From positions 24,414 through 88,413 of IMG/VR virus record IMGVR_UViG_3300032086_003078: a stretch of 64,000 nucleotides of DNA. One strand, 5' to 3'. Below the pieces are notes generated by a model. It made no database searches, was not told the origin of the DNA, and saw only the letters and a list, made by a program, of their open reading frames with translations. Both the position numbers and the translations under genes were made by a program. This document shows positions 58,635 through 64,000 of the stretch, in pieces. Every line of letters begins with the position of its first letter. Within the stretch, counting starts at the first letter, position 1. This DNA comes from a virus.

Positions 58635-59092
58635 GTGTTGTAGATTCGCATCCATGGCAGAGTCTTTCTGGGGATCCTGTAGAGGATATTCGAAGTAAGA
58701 TAAAAGATATCTTAAAAAATGAAAAATATACTTTACATGTTGGGACTGACACAAAGCCATATTTGAATCATACCACTCTCATAACGACAATATGCTTGAG
58801 AGAGAAGGGTAAAGGCGCTTTAGTTTTCTATCAAAAAAGAAAGCTAGAATCTTTTAGCAGCGTTTTAGATAGGTTGCTGCACGAAGCGGTCATCTCTCTT
58901 GAGGTTGCGGAAGAAGTTAAAGGATTTACTGGCGTCGTTCCGACGATTCATGCAGATATAAATCCTGATAAGCAAAACTTAAGCAATCGGGTAGCAGATG
59001 CTATAATAGGGATGATTAAAGGAATGGGATACCCTGTGTTGATAAAGCCCGATGCTTGGGCTGCTGATATTGCAGATATGTATACGAGATAA
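58631..59092 (+). CDS. RNase H-like protein (DUF458/YkuK-like)
   Basis: VGTD, RL..E...S.EVA, IHADIN, A...AD. Confidence 0.75.
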   Translation: MSVVDSHPWQSLSGDPVEDIRSKIKDILKNEKYTLHVGTDTKPYLNHTTLITTICLREKGKGALVFYQKRKLESFSSVLDRLLHEAVISLEVAEEVKGFTGVVPTIHADINPDKQNLSNRVADAIIGMIKGMGYPVLIKPDAWAADIADMYTR

Positions 59093-59116
59093 ATCACTTG
59101 AAAAGAAAGGAAAAAA

Positions 59117-59473
59117 GTGAAAAACTCACAAAAGTATATCGATGACTTCAAAACCTTTTGTAGAAATAATCGTTTGAGACTTAGGGAGGCAGGTGATGGA
59201 CTTCCTATTGCTAGAGCTATTGGCAAATTCTCTGATGATTCTTTTTTCTGTAACTTTGAGCGTGGATCTATTGGGGTTTATGTTTCTAGAGAGACACAAA
59301 GACAATTTACATACTTGAATAAGAAACTAGAAAAACTTGGATGCAAGCCTAAGCAAATTGGCGACTCGGAGGGAACTTATCAAATTGAATGGATGAACAT
59401 TCCCCCTGTTGCTAAACTGTTGAAGATCAAAAAAGGAGCACCGAAGGTGAAAGACCCTTCATGGCTAAAATAA
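59117..59473 (+). CDS. Hypothetical protein
   Basis: AGGA RBS, GTG start. Confidence 0.65.
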   Translation: MKNSQKYIDDFKTFCRNNRLRLREAGDGLPIARAIGKFSDDSFFCNFERGSIGVYVSRETQRQFTYLNKKLEKLGCKPKQIGDSEGTYQIEWMNIPPVAKLLKIKKGAPKVKDPSWLK

Positions 59474-59474
59474 G

Positions 59475-59669
59475 ATGGACAATGAAGAAAAAGCATATGA
59501 AGTTCTCAAAACTTTCTTGGAAGAGGATGATCCACAAAAGCTAAGAATCGCTTTCATGGAGCTTGTGGTTGCCGTTTCGTTTTGGTACCGTCGAGCATCC
59601 ATCTACAAGATGCTAAACCCAATTTTATTTTTAGTTGGATTTTTGTCTTGCTATTTCTTTGTAAAGTAG
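59475..59669 (+). CDS. Small membrane protein
   Basis: Hydrophobic C-terminus. Confidence 0.55.
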   Translation: MDNEEKAYEVLKTFLEEDDPQKLRIAFMELVVAVSFWYRRASIYKMLNPILFLVGFLSCYFFVK

Positions 59670-59700
59670 TATAATTGGGGCACAAAGAAAGGAGCCTAAG

Positions 59701-59940
59701 ATGGCTACACGACCTGGACGACTTCTCGATAAAACATTCACCTCGTTCACCGAAGCGAGCGGACGACTCGAAGACACGATCAATTGGGTCCTTCGGGCAG
59801 AGGCTTTGGCTAATGAGTTCGAGCCGGGCTGCAAGGCAGAGGTCTCGCTCCATCTGTTGGGCAAGGTATTAGAAAAAGCACATAAAGAGTTGGATAAAGC
59901 ATCCGCCGAACTAGCAAAGGAGGTTTTCGGAGACCAATGA
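59701..59940 (+). CDS. Hypothetical protein
   Basis: AAGGAG RBS. Confidence 0.65.
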   Translation: MATRPGRLLDKTFTSFTEASGRLEDTINWVLRAEALANEFEPGCKAEVSLHLLGKVLEKAHKELDKASAELAKEVFGDQ

Positions 59941-60104
59941 AAGACATAGAGAAATTCGAGGAAGATATTCAGAAAATATTAGATAAGTTTGAGTTTTCCG
60001 GCGAAACTCGCCGCAAAATTTTTTCACAGATAATGGAATACGCAACAGAGAATGCTCGTTTTGAACAGGAGCAGGCAAACCCAAAGAAAGGCAATCAAAA
60101 ATGA
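59937..60104 (+). CDS. Small hypothetical protein (55 aa, not in ORF track)
   Basis: ATGA-coupled at both ends; MKDIEKFEEDIQKILDK... Confidence 0.6.
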   Translation: MKDIEKFEEDIQKILDKFEFSGETRRKIFSQIMEYATENARFEQEQANPKKGNQK

Positions 60105-60340
60105 CAACAACAGATAACAATTTTGAAACAACCGTCAAGGAATTCGTGAACCGCTTGACAGAGATCGAGAATGAGATCACAGTCCTTCGACAAGATCGTT
60201 CGGAACTGTTCGCAGAAATGAAGAACAAGCTGGATACTCGTTCATTCCGAGCAGCCCTCAAGATTCACAATCTACAAACGTCAACACCAGATCAATATTC
60301 TTTACAGAAAATCCTGAGTGTTTTGGGAAATACTGAATAG
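60101..60340 (+). CDS. GapR/T4 DsbA-like small DNA-binding protein
   Basis: KEFV.RL..IE.E...L..D..EL..E.K..LD......ALKI. Confidence 0.6.
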   Translation: MTTTDNNFETTVKEFVNRLTEIENEITVLRQDRSELFAEMKNKLDTRSFRAALKIHNLQTSTPDQYSLQKILSVLGNTE

Positions 60341-60374
60341 TTATTAATACTATGGGGTAACAACAGAAAAACCT

Positions 60375-60839
60375 TTGGAACTTTGCGTAGCCTTCTACAA
60401 AGGTGAGGGTGCTTGGCACAACCGCATTGTCCGCTGGTCAACCCAAAGCAAATACTCCCACGCCGAACTGATTATGCCCGATGGTAAATCAATAAGCATC
60501 AAACCTTTCGACCCGCTGGGAATAAGAAAGGAACGCTTTTACGAAGTGGAGCCGCTGGAAGACTACGACATGATTTGTGTGCCCGTAAATCAAGAGCAGA
60601 TTAACACAATTGAGATGTTCTTTAGAGACACCAAAGGTGATGGCTACGACTGGCCGGGAATGTTGATCTCAAAGCTTACACCATTTTTCGTCAAGCGAAC
60701 AGGGCGCTGGTATTGTTCCGAATGGATTGCCTACGCTCTTCGCTTGTCGGGAGTGGTTGATAGCCTGTATCACTACAACGATCTAACGCCGCAAAGGCTG
60801 TACGAGGTTCTCCAAAAATATGCCGACGAACAACGTTAG
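60375..60839 (+). CDS. Permuted papain-like (NlpC/P60, YiiX-type) hydrolase
   Basis: YSHAEL, YDW, WYCSEW, LTP..L. Confidence 0.75.
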   Translation: MELCVAFYKGEGAWHNRIVRWSTQSKYSHAELIMPDGKSISIKPFDPLGIRKERFYEVEPLEDYDMICVPVNQEQINTIEMFFRDTKGDGYDWPGMLISKLTPFFVKRTGRWYCSEWIAYALRLSGVVDSLYHYNDLTPQRLYEVLQKYADEQR

Positions 60840-61080
60840 TGAAAGAGTTGTTATGCAAGTGGGAGCACTTGTTGAAACCACCGACAAGATCTTTACACTG
60901 CCCTCTCATAGCGAAGTGGATGGTCTCCATGATATCCTGGACAAAGGAACAGTAGGCATCATTGTGAAGCGCCCAACCCACGGCAAACCACGTCAATACT
61001 TGATTAACTTTGTTGGTGGTAGAGAGTATTGGATGTTTAGCAATGAGATCAAGCCGTACATGGGAGAAAAAAATGTTTGA
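60820..61080 (+). CDS. Small SH3-like protein (start may be 60853)
   Basis: MQVGALV...VGIIV...YLINF. Confidence 0.65.
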   Translation: MPTNNVSERVVMQVGALVETTDKIFTLPSHSEVDGLHDILDKGTVGIIVKRPTHGKPRQYLINFVGGREYWMFSNEIKPYMGEKNV

Positions 61081-61081
61081 A
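61066..61081 (+). repeat. 16-bp direct repeat copy 1 (GAAAAAAATGTTTGAA)
   Basis: Identical to 61541-61556; the two copies flank the HNH gene. Confidence 0.8.
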
Positions 61082-61555
61082 ACCTTTACAATTATGTCCC
61101 CCAAACACGGTCCAAAGCAGGTGCTAGTAGATAAAGAGGACCTTTATTTACTTGAGCAACACAAGTGGCACATATGGGAAGACCATGGCAGGGGTATATT
61201 TTATGTTCGGCGCACAAAAAGAAATGCACCTCAAGGCTATGAAAACTATCTTGCTCGCTTGATTGTTGGTGCAAAAAAAGGTGACGTTGTAGATCACATA
61301 AATGGCAACACGTTGGACAACAGGAAAGAAAACCTAAGAGTGACAACTCAATCAAAGAATGGCTTGAACCGAAGAGGACCAAATAAGAATAATAAGAGTG
61401 GTGCTCTAGGTGTAGTAAAGAAGTGGAATAAATATTATCCCTACATCAAGATCGACAGAAAACAAACATGGTTTGGTGGTTACGACACGCTTGACGAGGC
61501 AGTAGCAGTAAGGGCAGCTAAATTGAAAGAGCACTTGGAGGAAAAAAATGTTTGA
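61073..61555 (+). CDS. HNH homing endonuclease with AP2-like C-terminal domain
   Basis: VDHINGNTLDNRKENLR, N.SG..GV, G.Y.T..EA. Confidence 0.9.
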   Translation: MFETFTIMSPKHGPKQVLVDKEDLYLLEQHKWHIWEDHGRGIFYVRRTKRNAPQGYENYLARLIVGAKKGDVVDHINGNTLDNRKENLRVTTQSKNGLNRRGPNKNNKSGALGVVKKWNKYYPYIKIDRKQTWFGGYDTLDEAVAVRAAKLKEHLEEKNV

Positions 61556-61556
61556 A
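61541..61556 (+). repeat. 16-bp direct repeat copy 2
   Basis: Identical to 61066-61081. Confidence 0.8.
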
Positions 61557-61886
61557 TACTACGCAAAAGTTTTAAAGATAGTTGACGGCGACACAATCGA
61601 TGTGATGGTTGATCTGGGTATGGGCGTTCACCGCAAGGAACGCTTACGCTTTTCCCGCATCAATGCTTGGGAAGTCCGTGGGGAACACAAAGAGAAAGGC
61701 AAGCTCGCAAAGGCTAGAGTTGCCGAACTTATTCCTGTGGGTGAAAAAATTATTATTAAAACTGAGAAAGATAAAAGAGGGAAGTTCGGGCGGTATCTAG
61801 CAGAGATTATTATCTTAGATGACGACGAAACCAACTTAAACGATTTGCTACTAAACGAAGGACACGCTGTCCTCTATAATAAGTAA
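61548..61886 (+). CDS. Thermonuclease (SNase-like)
   Basis: VDGDTID, RL..INA.E, GKFGRYLA, L..GHA. Confidence 0.88.
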   Translation: MFEYYAKVLKIVDGDTIDVMVDLGMGVHRKERLRFSRINAWEVRGEHKEKGKLAKARVAELIPVGEKIIIKTEKDKRGKFGRYLAEIIILDDDETNLNDLLLNEGHAVLYNK

Positions 61887-61930
61887 TACTTCCTATATAC
61901 TATAGCAAAAACATAAGGAGAAGTGCTATA

Positions 61931-62215
61931 ATGAATACAATCAATTACCAACAGATCTTTGAAGAAGAACTCGATGATGTTACCAAAGAGCTAATGAATC
62001 TTACAACTAGCTACTTCGACCTGTCAGAAGAGCAGCGCAGGATGATTGAACAATTGGTTGATATCGGATACCAGCGGGCGCTGGAAGATGCTCTCGATCC
62101 AGAAGTCCTAGCAGAGACAGCCGAACTCTCAGGAGAGATGGGTACACAGCTTTATAACTTTTCAAATATGATTCAGTCATTTTTATCCACTAAAAATACT
62201 GATGCAGAGAACTAA
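61931..62215 (+). CDS. Hypothetical acidic protein
   Basis: AAGGAG RBS. Confidence 0.65.
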   Translation: MNTINYQQIFEEELDDVTKELMNLTTSYFDLSEEQRRMIEQLVDIGYQRALEDALDPEVLAETAELSGEMGTQLYNFSNMIQSFLSTKNTDAEN

Positions 62216-62561
62216 TTATAGAGCCGGTGATATCGTAAGGATTACCGTAGTAAATGGCTGGACTCTAGGTCACTACCATGGCAATAGGTCTAGACATTTT
62301 TTACCCTTAAATTGGTTACGTGAGTGCCCTACTCCAATGTCGGAACTGTATCATACAGATTTTGACAAGCACTATACATCTTTCGAGGGAGAGTTGGCAC
62401 TGTTGTTGAAGATTACAAGAAATCTACTTGACCAACCCACAGGTTATCAAGTACAGATCGGTCAGAACATTATGTTATGTAAATCTGTTATAGCCGAGAA
62501 GTATTTTGAACTTGCGGGGGATAAAAACAATGTGGCAGGCAGGGGAGCTAGTAAGGTTTAA
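62202..62561 (+). CDS. SH3-like protein with insert
   Basis: YRAGDIVRI...LALLL...YQVQI. Confidence 0.6.
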   Translation: MQRTNYRAGDIVRITVVNGWTLGHYHGNRSRHFLPLNWLRECPTPMSELYHTDFDKHYTSFEGELALLLKITRNLLDQPTGYQVQIGQNIMLCKSVIAEKYFELAGDKNNVAGRGASKV

Positions 62562-62706
62562 AACATACGAAATGCAGCCAGAATGGAAAATTGGCTTGGT
62601 TCTACGACACGATAAGTTTCTTGGTATTGTTGAGATACTTGTCGATGGTGAGCTTCATTATGCACCGAAGCGATTAGTCCATGCATATTCTGGAGGATAT
62701 AAATGA
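62530..62706 (+). CDS. Small SH3-like protein
   Basis: WQAGELVRF...IGLVL...VEIL. Confidence 0.65.
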   Translation: MWQAGELVRFKTYEMQPEWKIGLVLRHDKFLGIVEILVDGELHYAPKRLVHAYSGGYK

Positions 62707-62778
62707 AACATCTTAAATTAGATGCCGTAGAATTGTTACTTTTGTTAGCTTGTATTCTTGCTGGAGTTTACTTTCACT

Positions 62779-63057
62779 ATGGCTGAATATCTTACATACG
62801 CTTATGGGCTATCTCAGTTACTAACGTTTTTTGTTTATATACCTCACTTGCTGACAGTCTGGCGCTCGGAAACGGCTGATGCGATCAATGTGCCAGCACA
62901 GTTTTCATTTTTTATCATTGGAGCGATCGCTGCCATCTATATGATTGTTGTAAATGGTGATACACTAGCTACGATGGTCATATGCGGTCACATAACTGTC
63001 GGGAATCTCTCAACAGCTTTGATGGCACTATATAAACAAAGAAAGGCAAATAAATGA
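62779..63057 (+). CDS. PQ-loop/SemiSWEET-like 3-TM protein
   Basis: Three TM helices; YIPHLL.VWRS..A.AIN resembles the PQ-loop motif. Confidence 0.55.
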   Translation: MAEYLTYAYGLSQLLTFFVYIPHLLTVWRSETADAINVPAQFSFFIIGAIAAIYMIVVNGDTLATMVICGHITVGNLSTALMALYKQRKANK

Positions 63058-63266
63058 CAAAAGCATTTTTTATATGTTCTTCAAAAACTCCCCGTAACAA
63101 CGGCATGGTGAAGAAATGCACCACACGCTTGGAGTTAGATGAATTGGGTTCTTATCATTGTCCCACTTGTTCTGCGCCTATGGTGAATGAGAATGCAGGA
63201 CTGAGCGTGTCCCAGTTACTGAGAAAAGGTCTCAGGGAAGAGTCGAAGAAAGGAAACCACGCATGA
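63054..63266 (+). CDS. Small zinc-ribbon protein
   Basis: Four Cys including CPTC. Confidence 0.6.
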   Translation: MTKAFFICSSKTPRNNGMVKKCTTRLELDELGSYHCPTCSAPMVNENAGLSVSQLLRKGLREESKKGNHA

Positions 63267-63523
63267 TTAAAGCATATTTTATTTTTCTTGCTGCCCTTTT
63301 AACGGCGGACTTGACGAGCCCAGAAGCCGTTTACGGCGGGCAGATAAGCAGACACCAAGACCTTAGAAAAGCGGAACAAATCACACAAATTCTAAAGAAC
63401 CAGAACCAGAGAACTATCTCTCTCATTCTCCGCAAAATGAAGTGGACTTACTACTCGAACTATGCCCGTGAGCGGCGGAGAAACAAACAATGTCGAAAGA
63501 CAGTTTATCAAATGCTCCACTAA
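63263..63523 (+). CDS. Hypothetical protein with signal-like N-terminus
   Basis: ATGA-coupled ORF. Confidence 0.5.
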   Translation: MIKAYFIFLAALLTADLTSPEAVYGGQISRHQDLRKAEQITQILKNQNQRTISLILRKMKWTYYSNYARERRRNKQCRKTVYQMLH

Positions 63524-63569
63524 TACCGCACTTTTTTCGTTAATTTATAAAAAAGAACGAATTTAAAAC

Positions 63570-63597
63570 TTGACGTACTCCCTATCGGTGATAATAT
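63570..63597 (+). promoter_or_regulatory. Sigma70-type early promoter
   Basis: TTGACG-N16-TAATAT, then AAGATGTAAGGGAG. Confidence 0.8.
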
Positions 63598-63619
63598 AAG
63601 ATGTAAGGGAGATACAGAT

Positions 63620-64000
63620 ATGGGTTATCGCACTAATCAATGCTCTTCTTGTGCCGGCTGGGGTCACAATCGTCGTGGTTGTCCTGAGGTCAAAGCGGCT
63701 TATGAGAAGGTCGTCAAGCTCTGTGCTAAATACGGCATTGAGCCTGACCCTGAAGCTTACCGCTCTACGTGGCTTGACGCCCTTCGAGAAAAGCAGATGG
63801 CAGCCCACGGTGTCAGCGACTACTATGAGATTCACCACCTTGATCACGAAGAACACATCAGCTACTGGGAATCCTGCCGCTTTCAAGAGCATGGCGAGCG
63901 TCTCGCTGTCGCTGACCGACGCAAAAAGCGTGGCGTAAAGCGTCAATGTAGTTTCTGCGGCAAGACTGGTCACAACCGTCGCAACTGCCCAGAGAAGGAA
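63620..64000 (+). CDS. CCHC zinc-knuckle protein (runs off window end; not in ORF track)
   Basis: MGYRTNQCSSCAGWGHNRRGCP...RQCSFCGKTGHNRRNCP: two Cx2Cx4Hx4C motifs. Confidence 0.85.
   Translation, partial: MGYRTNQCSSCAGWGHNRRGCPEVKAAYEKVVKLCAKYGIEPDPEAYRSTWLDALREKQMAAHGVSDYYEIHHLDHEEHISYWESCRFQEHGERLAVADRRKKRGVKRQCSFCGKTGHNRRNCPEKE

Noticed and set aside
26-63973. Numerous minus-strand and alternative-frame ORFs in the track (e.g. 32354-33022, 34606-35217, 43405-43980, 63563-63973)
   Set aside because: They lie inside well-supported + strand genes, lack RBS and recognisable motifs, and are consistent with shadow ORFs.
1-64000. CRISPR array, tRNA/rRNA genes, reverse transcriptase or DGR repeat pair
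   Set aside because: No regularly spaced repeats, cloverleaf/T-loop signatures, RT motifs or adenine-specific repeat pairs noticed by eye; intergenic gaps are short and mostly explained. tRNAscan and self-dotplot were not run.
1-64000. Stop-codon reassignment
   Set aside because: Long conserved genes are intact in code 11, and TAA, TAG and TGA all terminate genes at expected ends.

Overview
The window is 64 kb of a large tailed dsDNA bacteriophage (contractile-tailed, distantly T4-like). Coding is dense, almost entirely on the + strand, and reads in the standard code. 1-19.1 kb is a virion module: scaffold, gp23-like major capsid protein, neck, tail terminator, sheath, tube, gp26/gp51-like chaperone with a probable frameshift, tape measure and baseplate. 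19.1-36.6 kb is replication and nucleotide metabolism: a minimal family-A polymerase coupled to a degenerate tubulin/FtsZ-like gene, gp32-like SSB, RecA, deaminase, 5'-3' exonuclease, DnaB-like helicase, class II RNR, GroES, DnaE and dUTPase. 36.6-64 kb is accessory: an array of small SH3/KOW-like genes, an R-M cassette, FtsH, GMPR/IMPDH, a sigma region-4 protein, probable head-packaged proteins, a PD-(D/E)xK nuclease coupled to a Mom-like enzyme, FKBP, GroEL, ClpP, cell-wall enzymes and an HNH. Two repeated promoter classes are visible: a sigma70-type with a fixed 16-nt spacer, and a putative late motif ACTA-H-W-TA. No tRNA, rRNA, CRISPR array or reverse transcriptase was seen. All family assignments come from motif recognition by eye, not from database searches.
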